This document shows, in pieces, positions 29,786 to 38,273 of a DNA stretch of 64,000 bases. The stretch's first letter is position 1, and every line of letters begins with the position of its first letter. A program made the translations under genes and the position numbers. Origin of the DNA: Nannocystales bacterium. Its GTDB lineage: Bacteria; Myxococcota_A; Polyangia; Nannocystales; Nannocystaceae. The notes beneath the pieces are model-generated. The model was not told the DNA's origin, did not search any database, and saw nothing but the letters and a program-made list of their open reading frames with translations. The stretch is from contig JBOEGF010000008.1 of assembly GCA_050633305.1 (NCBI GenBank), positions 478,474 through 542,473 on the forward strand. The letters run 5' to 3'.

Positions 29786-30967
29786 ATGGCGACGGCACCC
29801 GCCCCGAGTGCGGTCCACATGCAGCGCTTTACGGTGCCGTTCGAGTACCCCGTCGTGTTCACGCGCGGCCTCCTCGAGACCGGCAACGAAACTCTTGCCT
29901 GGTCTCTCTCACGGCTCGAGCCAGCTGCCGAGCACCGAGCGTTGGTCGTGGTCGACGACGGCCTGGCATCACAGTGGCCGTCCCTCGATGCCGATCTTGC
30001 CAAGTACTTCGCCCACCATGCCGGGCTGAAACTCGCCGGCCCCGTGCGGTATGTGCCCGGCGGCGAGGCGGCGAAGGCTGGCAGCGGCACCGTGGACGCA
30101 GTGTTGGGTTGGATCGCAGAGGCCAGACTCGACCGGCACGCCTACGTCGTCGCCCTGGGCGGGGGGGCGGTGCTCGATGCGGTCGGCTACGCGACCGCCC
30201 TCGCCCACCGAGGCGTTCGGCTCGTGCGAGTGCCCACGACGGTCCTCGCCCAGAACGATGCCGGTGTTGGGGTCAAGAACGGCATCAACGCATTCGGTGG
30301 AAAGAACTTCCTGGGCACGTTCGAACCTCCGGCGGCGGTGCTCAACGACATCAACTGGGTCCGGACCCTACCCGACCGCGACCGCATCGCCGGGATCGCC
30401 GAAGCCGTGAAGGTTGGCCTGATCCGCGATGCCAGCTTCTTCGTCTGGTTGGAGGAACACGCCGAGGCACTTCACCGGGGTGAGGACAGCGCGACCGCCA
30501 CGATGATCCGGCGATGCGCAGAACTCCACCTCCAGCACATTGCCACCAGCGGCGATCCCTTCGAACGTGGCAGCGCCCGCCCGCTGGACTATGGGCACTG
30601 GGCCGCACACAAGCTCGAGGTCCTCTCCGAACACGCGCTGCGTCACGGCGAGGCGGTCGCCATTGGGATGACGCTCGACGCCCACTACGCAGGACTCGTT
30701 GGTCGGCTTCCCCAGCCGCACGTGCGCCGTGTCGAAACGCTCCTGTGCGCGCTCGGCCTGCCCCGCTGGCACGATGCGCTCGATCTGCGCACGGACGGAT
30801 CGCGCCTCGTCCTGGCCGGCCTCGAGGAGTTTCGCGAGCACCTCGGCGGGCAGCTCACGATCACCCTCCTCGACGAAATCGGCCGCGGCGTCGAAGTCCA
30901 CACAATCGATGAACCGCAGATGGACCGGGCGATCGAGGGATTGCGAGACCACCGAAGCGCACCATGA
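29786..30967 (+). CDS. eboD: EboD-type sugar-phosphate cyclase (3-dehydroquinate synthase-like)
   Basis: GGEAAK, GGGAVLD, PTTVLAQND, AEAVK, ARPLDYGHWAAHKLE, HGEAV, GLEEFREHLGG; ATGA-coupled to eboE. Confidence 0.9.
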   Translation: MATAPAPSAVHMQRFTVPFEYPVVFTRGLLETGNETLAWSLSRLEPAAEHRALVVVDDGLASQWPSLDADLAKYFAHHAGLKLAGPVRYVPGGEAAKAGSGTVDAVLGWIAEARLDRHAYVVALGGGAVLDAVGYATALAHRGVRLVRVPTTVLAQNDAGVGVKNGINAFGGKNFLGTFEPPAAVLNDINWVRTLPDRDRIAGIAEAVKVGLIRDASFFVWLEEHAEALHRGEDSATATMIRRCAELHLQHIATSGDPFERGSARPLDYGHWAAHKLEVLSEHALRHGEAVAIGMTLDAHYAGLVGRLPQPHVRRVETLLCALGLPRWHDALDLRTDGSRLVLAGLEEFREHLGGQLTITLLDEIGRGVEVHTIDEPQMDRAIEGLRDHRSAP

Positions 30968-32166
30968 AGCTCGAGTCCAGCACCGGCGAACTCGCGCACC
31001 TGACGTACTGCTCCAACATTCACCCTGGAGAATCCTGGCCAGAGGTTGCGGCGGCGCTCGCGGAGCACATCCCTCAGGTCCGCAGGGAGCTGGACTTTGA
31101 CGGCGCGTTTGGGCTTGGTCTGCGTTTGTCCGCCCTGGCCGCGCGGGCGCTTCGGGATCCTGCAACGCTCGAATCTTTTCGCGCGTGGATGCATGCGAAT
31201 GACGCGTACGTCTTCACGTTCAACGGATTCCCCTATGGACCGTTTCACGGAACTCCGGTGAAAGAGGCGGTCTATCGGCCCGATTGGTCCACCCCACAGC
31301 GGGCAGCGTACACACTCGATCTCATCGACACGCTGGCCGCAATCATCCCCGACGGTATCTCGGGTTCGATCAGCACAGTTCCAGGCTCGTTTCGTTTCGA
31401 TCCTGCGGCAAGCGACCCCACATCGTTGTTGGAAGGGCTGGTCACCTGCGCCCTGCGGTGCTGGCATTGGCGTGAAACCGGCGGCCTCGATCTGAGCATC
31501 GGACTCGAGCCAGAGCCGATGTGCATGCTCGAGACGACCGACGAGGCGATTCGCTTCTTCGAAGACACGGTGTTCTCGACCGCTGCCCGCTCACTGTTCG
31601 CTGCGCGCAGTGGCTGTACAAGTAGACAGTCAGAGGAAGCCCTGCGTCGGCATCTGGGGGTGTGTTTTGATACGTGCCACGCGGCGGTCGAATTCGAAGA
31701 CCCTGGCGCGGGAGCCCGCCGGCTGCGCGCCGCAGGGATCCGTATCTCGAAGGTCCAGGTCACCGCTGGCCTCGAGCTTCGCACCCCGACCGCGGCCGGA
31801 ATCGAACAGCTGGAGGCGTTCGCGGAGGACACCTACCTCCACCAGGTCGTGATCAAGACCGACCGCGGATTGGTCCGCGTCCTCGATCTCCCCGAGGCAC
31901 TCGAGCGCTGGCGAGAGGGGTCAATTGCGCCCGGACCCTGGAGAGTGCACCTGCACGTTCCTGTTTTCTCTCGACTCATGGCTCCCCTGAGTGCGACGAC
32001 TGAATTCATCGCCTCTGCACTGCCCGAGTTGCGCACCGCCTGCACGCATTTCGAAGTCGAGACCTATACCTGGTCCGTACTTCCCCCGACCCTCCGCGGG
32101 CTTTCTCGCTCGGCGTCCATCGCAAGAGAACTGCAGTGGACACGGGCACTTTGGCACTCCCCATGA
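30964..32166 (+). CDS. eboE: EboE xylose-isomerase-like TIM-barrel protein
   Basis: HLTYCSNIHPGESW, FNGFPYGPFH, VKEAVYRPDW, EPEP, DTCHAAVEFE, YLHQV, WRVHLHVP, EVETYTW. Confidence 0.93.
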   Translation: MKLESSTGELAHLTYCSNIHPGESWPEVAAALAEHIPQVRRELDFDGAFGLGLRLSALAARALRDPATLESFRAWMHANDAYVFTFNGFPYGPFHGTPVKEAVYRPDWSTPQRAAYTLDLIDTLAAIIPDGISGSISTVPGSFRFDPAASDPTSLLEGLVTCALRCWHWRETGGLDLSIGLEPEPMCMLETTDEAIRFFEDTVFSTAARSLFAARSGCTSRQSEEALRRHLGVCFDTCHAAVEFEDPGAGARRLRAAGIRISKVQVTAGLELRTPTAAGIEQLEAFAEDTYLHQVVIKTDRGLVRVLDLPEALERWREGSIAPGPWRVHLHVPVFSRLMAPLSATTEFIASALPELRTACTHFEVETYTWSVLPPTLRGLSRSASIARELQWTRALWHSP

Positions 32167-33011
32167 AGCTGAACACTGCACTCCGACTCGGTCGAACCTC
32201 GAACCTCCCCACGGTCTGGACCAACGTGCTCGCGGCCGCGGCACTCTCTGGAGGGACGCTGGGGCCCTCGCCCCTGCTGCTCGCGGCCCTCGCCGCTTCG
32301 GCCCTTTATGTCGGAGGGATGTTCCTCAACGACGCGTTCGATGCGGAATTCGATGCCGAGGAGTGCCCTCAGAGGCCAATTCCCGCGGGCGAGGTCTCCC
32401 GAACGACGGTCTGGCGGTGGGGATACGGACTGCTCGCTCTGGGCGCAATCCTGGCATTCGTCACGCGTCCGTCCGCGGGGTTTGCCGCGGTCGCGACCTG
32501 CGGAGCCATCGTGGCCTACAACGCTTGGCACAAACAAAACGCATTGAGCCCGGTCGTCATGGGACTGTGCCGTTTTGGTGTCTATGCGATTGGCGCGTTC
32601 GCGGTCACAGCAACACCGCAATCATCGGTGTGGCTCGGCGGCGTGCTTCTGATGGGGTACGTCCTTGGGCTCACGTACGCGGCAAAGTTTGAGAACAGGG
32701 GTGGAATGGGGCGTTGGGCCCCGTTGCTGGGTTTGGTGGCGCCCGCAATCGTCATATTACTGACGTGGTCCGGTGCCCCGTGGTTGCGCTCGTTCTTCGG
32801 TGGCTACGCGATGTGGGTACAAAGAGCGATCTCCCTGGTTCGGAGCGGAAAGCCGGAGAAGATTCGGAAAGCCATCGGCGCTCTCATTGCCGGTATCGCC
32901 CTGTTGGACGCGATGGTGGTCGCGAACTGCGGTTCGACGGGCCTGGCGCTGGTTTGCGTTGCGGCCTTCGGGGCATCCCTGGCTGCACAATCGCGGATCG
33001 CCGGAACCTGA
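32163..33011 (+). CDS. eboC: EboC UbiA-family prenyltransferase
   Basis: RTSNLPTVWTNVLA, GMFLNDAFDAEFD, RPIPAG, YNAWHK, MGLCR, IALLDA. Confidence 0.9.
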   Translation: MKLNTALRLGRTSNLPTVWTNVLAAAALSGGTLGPSPLLLAALAASALYVGGMFLNDAFDAEFDAEECPQRPIPAGEVSRTTVWRWGYGLLALGAILAFVTRPSAGFAAVATCGAIVAYNAWHKQNALSPVVMGLCRFGVYAIGAFAVTATPQSSVWLGGVLLMGYVLGLTYAAKFENRGGMGRWAPLLGLVAPAIVILLTWSGAPWLRSFFGGYAMWVQRAISLVRSGKPEKIRKAIGALIAGIALLDAMVVANCGSTGLALVCVAAFGASLAAQSRIAGT

Positions 33012-33053
33012 GACTCGAATTGCGAATGAGCCGGCGAGCCGCTACACATCCGT

Positions 33054-33470
33054 ATGGCTCAATCCCCTCTCGAAGAGTTCGTCGGTTCCATGACGATCTC
33101 CGAACTCGCGGACCGAAGCGGAAGGTCGGTCAGTCAGATTATCGCTTGGGCAACCCCGGGGAAATCGGGTGAAAGCAAACCAGCAGCTCCTCGAGCTGCT
33201 GCCAAGAAAGCGCCTGCAAAGCCAGCGCCTGCGGCGAGCACCGGTGGTGGCAAGAACGTCAACACCCGCACTCCCGAAGGTCGGGCTGCGTACGACGTCG
33301 CGGTCTTTGAGGCCGTGTCCGCTTCGAACAAGCCCATCGGGTCGTCGAAGCTTCGCAAGGCCATCGGCGGAACCCCGCTTCAGCTTCGCACGTCGCTGAA
33401 CCGTCTCATCGAAGACGGGAAAGTGACCTACCAAGGCAAAGCTCGCGCGACGAAGTACTCACTGCGCTAG
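33054..33470 (+). CDS. Small basic DNA-binding protein (HTH + PAKK-rich linker + winged helix)
   Basis: N-terminal TISELADRSGRSVSQI; AAAKKAPAKPAP linker; C-terminal LRTSLNRLIEDGKVTYQGKARATKY. Confidence 0.75.
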   Translation: MAQSPLEEFVGSMTISELADRSGRSVSQIIAWATPGKSGESKPAAPRAAAKKAPAKPAPAASTGGGKNVNTRTPEGRAAYDVAVFEAVSASNKPIGSSKLRKAIGGTPLQLRTSLNRLIEDGKVTYQGKARATKYSLR

Positions 33471-33505
33471 CAGTTCGCGTCACAATGCTACCGAGGGCCA
33501 GTCGT

Positions 33506-34873
33506 TCACTGAGAACGTCTGGCCCTCCACATTTCTGCGAGGCAGGTTTTTACCCCTCCGAGTGCTGCCTCTCGCGGCAAGTTGAACCGGCGAACCATCT
33601 CGTCGGCGATCATCTGCGCCGAACGGTTCCCATCGATCAGCTTCGCGACCGCGGCAAACATCGGGTGCGGTGGTCGATAGTCTTCCAGGCCAGGCCATGG
33701 CGAGACGACAACCGAAGGGTCCTCCAGCCAGACGGGGATCTCGGCTTCGCTCGGCGAACCAGGCAGGTCGGTCTTCTCGGCGAGAAACGTCGCAACTCCC
33801 TCGGTTCGTCCTTGGGACCCATCGGGGCTCTGCATATACAACAGACGGTCCCAACGGTGCCGAGCCAGGGAGAACCCCGTCGCCTCAACGAGTTCGTGCA
33901 CCTCATCCTCTCGGTACCGATGGGCAGGCTGCGTGTGCTTCGGCTGGTACAGCAAGGGCCCGTGGTTGAGCCACGCGCCACCGTCCCGAAGAGTCCGGTG
34001 GATCGTCGGCACGAGGGTGGCGAGGTCCTTCGGGACTTGGTCGATGAACCAGGGGGTCAGCACCAGGTCAAACGAGGCGTCCGGAACCGGCGGTTCCAGA
34101 CCATCGGCAAACAGCAGATGAAACCCCTCGGCTGCCGCGTTCGAACAACCGAGCGCTCGCTCGACAGCGACGCGGTGACTGTCGCGTGGGGATCGCGGGA
34201 ACTCGGTGAGCGTGACCGTCTCGCCCGCGAGCACGCGCCTCGCGACGAAGAACGGAAACGGGTTGATGTCGATGGCAACCGTGGTCTCGATGCCCGCCGC
34301 GCGATGCAGTTCGTAGGGTAGCCGGCACGCGCCCGCGCCGAGAACGAGCAACCGTTGAGGTCGCCGATCCCCCAGCGTATCGAGGAGAACTTCGAGCGCA
34401 GCCTCGGGCTCGCCTGGTCCCCAGCCCCAGTCGCGGTGAATCTGATCGAAATACGCGGTTGCCACGCCCTCTCCCGGGACGCGCTCGCCACGCGAGACCG
34501 GCTCGTCCACGGCCGGGACACCCGCGGACTCGAACACCGCCTCAACCTGATCGAGGTGTCGCTCGAGCGAGGCGCCCAAGCGCTGAAGCCGAGCGCGAGC
34601 CTTCGGCGGAAGCTCCTGACCGGCGAGTTGCGCAAGCACCAGATCCCCGGTTGCACGACTCTCGCGCGAGAACTGAGCCCGTTGGTTGCCCCAGTCTCGG
34701 AGCATGGACGCGGGGTCTGGGGTGAGAACCGGGATGCCGTCGACCCGAAGACCCACACGGGTGCACTCGGGGCAGTCTCGGCCAGCACCGTCCCAGTCCA
34801 GACGCAGCAGGCACCGGGGGCAATGTAGGTATGCATCTTTCACTGGCGCAGGTCCGGCAGACAACGACCACAT
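33506..34873 (-). CDS. Class I SAM methyltransferase, carnosine N-methyltransferase (N2227/CARNMT1)-like, with N-terminal Zn ribbon and C-terminal PqqD-like helical domain
   Basis: CPRC..CPEC; QIHRDWG; LLVLGAGACRLPYEL; FDLVLTPWFID; GGAWLNHGPLLY; start could be GTG 34843. Confidence 0.8.
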   Translation of the reverse strand: MWSLSAGPAPVKDAYLHCPRCLLRLDWDGAGRDCPECTRVGLRVDGIPVLTPDPASMLRDWGNQRAQFSRESRATGDLVLAQLAGQELPPKARARLQRLGASLERHLDQVEAVFESAGVPAVDEPVSRGERVPGEGVATAYFDQIHRDWGWGPGEPEAALEVLLDTLGDRRPQRLLVLGAGACRLPYELHRAAGIETTVAIDINPFPFFVARRVLAGETVTLTEFPRSPRDSHRVAVERALGCSNAAAEGFHLLFADGLEPPVPDASFDLVLTPWFIDQVPKDLATLVPTIHRTLRDGGAWLNHGPLLYQPKHTQPAHRYREDEVHELVEATGFSLARHRWDRLLYMQSPDGSQGRTEGVATFLAEKTDLPGSPSEAEIPVWLEDPSVVVSPWPGLEDYRPPHPMFAAVAKLIDGNRSAQMIADEMVRRFNLPREAALGGVKTCLAEMWRARRSQ

Positions 34874-35049
34874 CGCAACATGTGAAATACGGTAAACGCA
34901 AGTTCAGACGGCTCGTGCGTGGCAAATCGGGGGTAGAGTTGGCCCCGACAGCCGGTTTTGTGTTTATGCGAAACCGCTGAAGGTTGCATGGCTGTCGGGC
35001 CATGCACGGACGGCCTGCAAAGGCGCACACGGATCCGAGGAGCTCTGCG

Positions 35050-36798
35050 TTGAAACTGCGAACCCGAATACTCTCCACGTCCCGCCCCCTCGCGACGCTC
35101 GGATTGCTGGCCCTGGTCGCCGCCGGCTGCAACGGAGGTGCCGCGAATGGTGGCGAGACGGATGGCGACAGCGGCACCGACAGTGCCGAGACGATGCCGA
35201 CCGACCCCACCAGCGGAGACACCGACGGAGACACCGACGGAGACACCGATGGCACCACCGGCGATACAGGGCCAGAGGGATTCGTGCCGCTCCCCGGAGG
35301 GATGCGAAAGCTCACCGCTCGGGAGTACACGGCATCGCTGGGACTCATGCTCGGGGACGCCGCGGCGACAGCCGCGATTCCCCCGCCAGACATCGCCCAA
35401 GAGGGTTTCGATGCGGTCGGCGCGTCCATCCTCGCTCTCCCGGCAGACACCATTGAACTCTACGAGCGCTCCGCAACCGCGGTCGCCGACGCGGTCATCG
35501 AGAACCCCGCCGGGCTCCAGGCCTTGGTCCCGTGCGTCTCTGAGGACGCGAACGCTGCGTGTTACCGCGAGGTCGCGACCACGCTAGGCCGATTCGCGTA
35601 TCGGCGCTCGCTCGACGCCGAGGAGATCGAGAGCATCGCCGGGTTCGGAGCCGCAGGCCAACAATGGGCGGACGACGGTTCGTTCATGACCGGCCTTCGC
35701 TACGAGCTGATGGCCATCCTTCAGGCTCCGTCCTTCCTCTACATCCAAGAGGTTGGCGAGGCAGACGAGTCCGGCTACCGCCACCTGACGGGCCCCGAGT
35801 TGGCCTCGCGAATGTCCTTCTTCCTCACCGGGCACACCCCCACGCTCGAGTTGCTCGATGCGGCGGAGTCCGGTCAGCTCGACACGGCCGATCAGGTTCG
35901 CGCCCAAGCGGAGCTGATGGTCGCGAACTCGGAGGCCCGGACCGCCCTCGAGGCGTTCTTCTCGGAAGCCCTGCGACTGCGCAGTCTCTCGGATGCCCCC
36001 AAGAACGCCGAGGTGTTCCCAGAGTTCAGCCCCGAGCTTGGCGAGTTGATGAAGGACGAGACGCTCCTACTTCTCTACGACATCATCTGGGACCGGGACG
36101 CGGACTTCCGCGAGCTGTTCAACGCGCGTCACACCTACGTCAACGACGCGCTCGCAGACCTCTACGGGATCCCATCACCGGGCACCGGCCAACTGTTCGC
36201 ACGCGTGGACTGGCCCGAGGACCAACTACGTGCGGGATACACCTCGCAGGCCAGCTTCTTGACCTGGCAGTCCGGTCCACTACGCAACTCCCCAACCAAG
36301 CGCGGCCTGTACATCCAAGAGCGGATCCTGTGCGGCGACATCCCGCCGCCCGACCCCAACGTCGACCTCGAGCTGCCGGAGGGAGAGGACCTCACGCTCA
36401 AAGAGCTTCTCGAGATGCACCTCGACCAACCGGGGTGTGCGAGCTGCCACGCGCTGACCGACCCGCTCGGCTTCGCCTTCGAACGCTACAGCGCGATCGG
36501 TGCGCTGCGCTTGATGGACAACGGCAAGCCCGTCGAGACCGACGGACAAGTCGAGGGCATCGGGATGTGGAACGACGCTCGCGAACTTGGCGACGTTCTC
36601 GCGGCCGACCCCCGTACGGGTGACTGCCTCATTCAAAACCTCATGCGCGGCAGCCTCGGGCAGTCGCCCAGCGAGGATTCGCTGCCGGGCGTCGAAGACC
36701 TCGGCCTCACGTTTGCCGATACCGGCTACAGCGTGCAGTCCCTTCTGGTCGAAATGGCCGCTCACCCCCTGTTCCGTCTCGTCGACGAACCCAAGTAG
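35050..36798 (+). CDS. DUF1587/1595/1592/1588/1585 lipoprotein with CxxCH
   Basis: GAGGAG RBS before TTG; lipobox VAAGC; RKLTAREY, AYRR, LQAPSFLY, ELASRMSFFL, SPTKRG, CASCH, DPLGFAFE. Confidence 0.92.
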   Translation: MKLRTRILSTSRPLATLGLLALVAAGCNGGAANGGETDGDSGTDSAETMPTDPTSGDTDGDTDGDTDGTTGDTGPEGFVPLPGGMRKLTAREYTASLGLMLGDAAATAAIPPPDIAQEGFDAVGASILALPADTIELYERSATAVADAVIENPAGLQALVPCVSEDANAACYREVATTLGRFAYRRSLDAEEIESIAGFGAAGQQWADDGSFMTGLRYELMAILQAPSFLYIQEVGEADESGYRHLTGPELASRMSFFLTGHTPTLELLDAAESGQLDTADQVRAQAELMVANSEARTALEAFFSEALRLRSLSDAPKNAEVFPEFSPELGELMKDETLLLLYDIIWDRDADFRELFNARHTYVNDALADLYGIPSPGTGQLFARVDWPEDQLRAGYTSQASFLTWQSGPLRNSPTKRGLYIQERILCGDIPPPDPNVDLELPEGEDLTLKELLEMHLDQPGCASCHALTDPLGFAFERYSAIGALRLMDNGKPVETDGQVEGIGMWNDARELGDVLAADPRTGDCLIQNLMRGSLGQSPSEDSLPGVEDLGLTFADTGYSVQSLLVEMAAHPLFRLVDEPK

Positions 36799-36809
36799 GG
36801 AGAACCCAG

Positions 36810-38180
36810 ATGCGCAACTTCAAGCTAAGCCGACGCCGCATGCTCCGAGGACTGGCCGGCGGTTCCTCCGTCGTCGTGGGCCTTCCCATCCTCGAGGCCA
36901 TGCTCAACAGCCACGGCGACGCTCTCGCCGGTGGCGAAGCGCTCCCGCTGCGTTTCATGAGCTGGTACTGGGCCGACGGCATGGTCATCGACCGCTGGGA
37001 GCCCCAGCAGGTCGGCAACAACTGGGAGCTCTCCGAGCAGCTCATGCCGCTGGCCAACGTGAAAGACCACGTCACGGTCGTCTCCGGGATGCAGAACCGG
37101 TCGACCAACATCGTGACGCACCACGAGGGGATGTCCGGGTTCAACGGATACAACTTCGAACAAGCCGGTGGTTTCAACACCAACGCCGGCGGTCCGACCA
37201 TCGACCAGCGCATCGCCGACACCCTCGAGGGCGTCACGCCCATTCGTGCAGCCCACGTCCGGGTCTCCAAGCGCGAGAGCACGGACGGCGACGGTGGCAC
37301 CACGTACATCGCCATGTCCCACCGGGAAACCGAGGGCGGCGGATTGGTGGCACAGACGCCTCAGGTCAACCCGCAGGAGCTCTGGCAGCTTCTGTTCGGT
37401 GAGTTCGTGCCCAAGCCCGACGACAGCGAGCTGAGGACCAGCATCCTCGACTACGTCCGTGAAGACGCGGGCGCGCTCCGTGGCAACCTCGGAACCAAGG
37501 ACCAGCAGCGAATCGACGCGCACCTCGAGGGCGTCTACGAACTCGAGCAGAAGATCCTGGCCACGCCGCCGACCTGCGACCTTCCCGACCTGCCGACCGA
37601 GACCAACACCGACACCGGTGGGGTCGAGCCCCTCTCCGCGACCAACGAGGCGATGGCGCGAATGATCGCGTACGCGTTCACGTGCGACATCACGCGAGTC
37701 GCGTCCTTCCAGCTCAAACGATTCGTCTCGGCGACCGTCTTCGACGAAATCGACGCCGGGGAGATCCACCACAGCGCGAGTCATCAAGGTCCGGGCAACG
37801 CCACCTACCAGGCCGGCGTCACCTACCAGATGCAGAAGTTCGCCGACCTCCTCGAGATCTTTGCGGAGACCGAGGATCTCAACGGCGACACCCTGCTCGA
37901 CACCTCGATCATCTACGCGACCAGCGACTGTTCCACTGGAGCCTCGCATGCGGTCGGCCGCCAGCCCATCTTGCTCGCAGGACACGGCCGCGGCTACCTG
38001 CAGCACCCCGGCATCCACTACCAAACGACGGCTTGGAACGGCAACCACAACAACCCGAACGGCGAGGAGAACATGTCCGACGTGTTGCTGACTTGCCTGC
38101 AGGCGTTTGACCCGGCGGCGGAGTCCGTCGGTGGCGGCCCACTCGAGTCCAACACGCCACTGACCGACATCGTCGCGTAG
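36810..38180 (+). CDS. DUF1552 (HXXSHH) protein with twin-arginine signal
   Basis: LSRRRMLRG..VGLPILEAM; TIDQRIA; CDITRVAS; HHSASHQ; TLLDTS; GGAG RBS. Confidence 0.92.
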   Translation: MRNFKLSRRRMLRGLAGGSSVVVGLPILEAMLNSHGDALAGGEALPLRFMSWYWADGMVIDRWEPQQVGNNWELSEQLMPLANVKDHVTVVSGMQNRSTNIVTHHEGMSGFNGYNFEQAGGFNTNAGGPTIDQRIADTLEGVTPIRAAHVRVSKRESTDGDGGTTYIAMSHRETEGGGLVAQTPQVNPQELWQLLFGEFVPKPDDSELRTSILDYVREDAGALRGNLGTKDQQRIDAHLEGVYELEQKILATPPTCDLPDLPTETNTDTGGVEPLSATNEAMARMIAYAFTCDITRVASFQLKRFVSATVFDEIDAGEIHHSASHQGPGNATYQAGVTYQMQKFADLLEIFAETEDLNGDTLLDTSIIYATSDCSTGASHAVGRQPILLAGHGRGYLQHPGIHYQTTAWNGNHNNPNGEENMSDVLLTCLQAFDPAAESVGGGPLESNTPLTDIVA

Positions 38181-38196
38181 ACGTACAGTCCCTGAC

Positions 38197-38237
38197 GACA
38201 AGGCCGGCGCTGCATCGCAGCCGCCGGCCTTTGTCTT
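38197..38237. terminator. GC-rich hairpin between convergent DUF1552 and eboF (possible bidirectional terminator)
   Basis: GACAAGGCCGGCGCTGC-ATC-GCAGCCGCCGGCCTTTGTC followed by TT. Confidence 0.7.
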
Positions 38238-38273
38238 GGTTGCTTGGAAGGCTCGACGACTCTTCCCACAAAC

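Noticed and set aside
29786..30967. Housekeeping aroB
   Set aside because: It has EboD-type motifs, is coupled to eboE/eboC, and no shikimate genes are nearby
33480..38270. Mobile element explaining the insert within the ebo cluster
   Set aside because: No transposase or integrase, terminal inverted repeats or target duplication was seen
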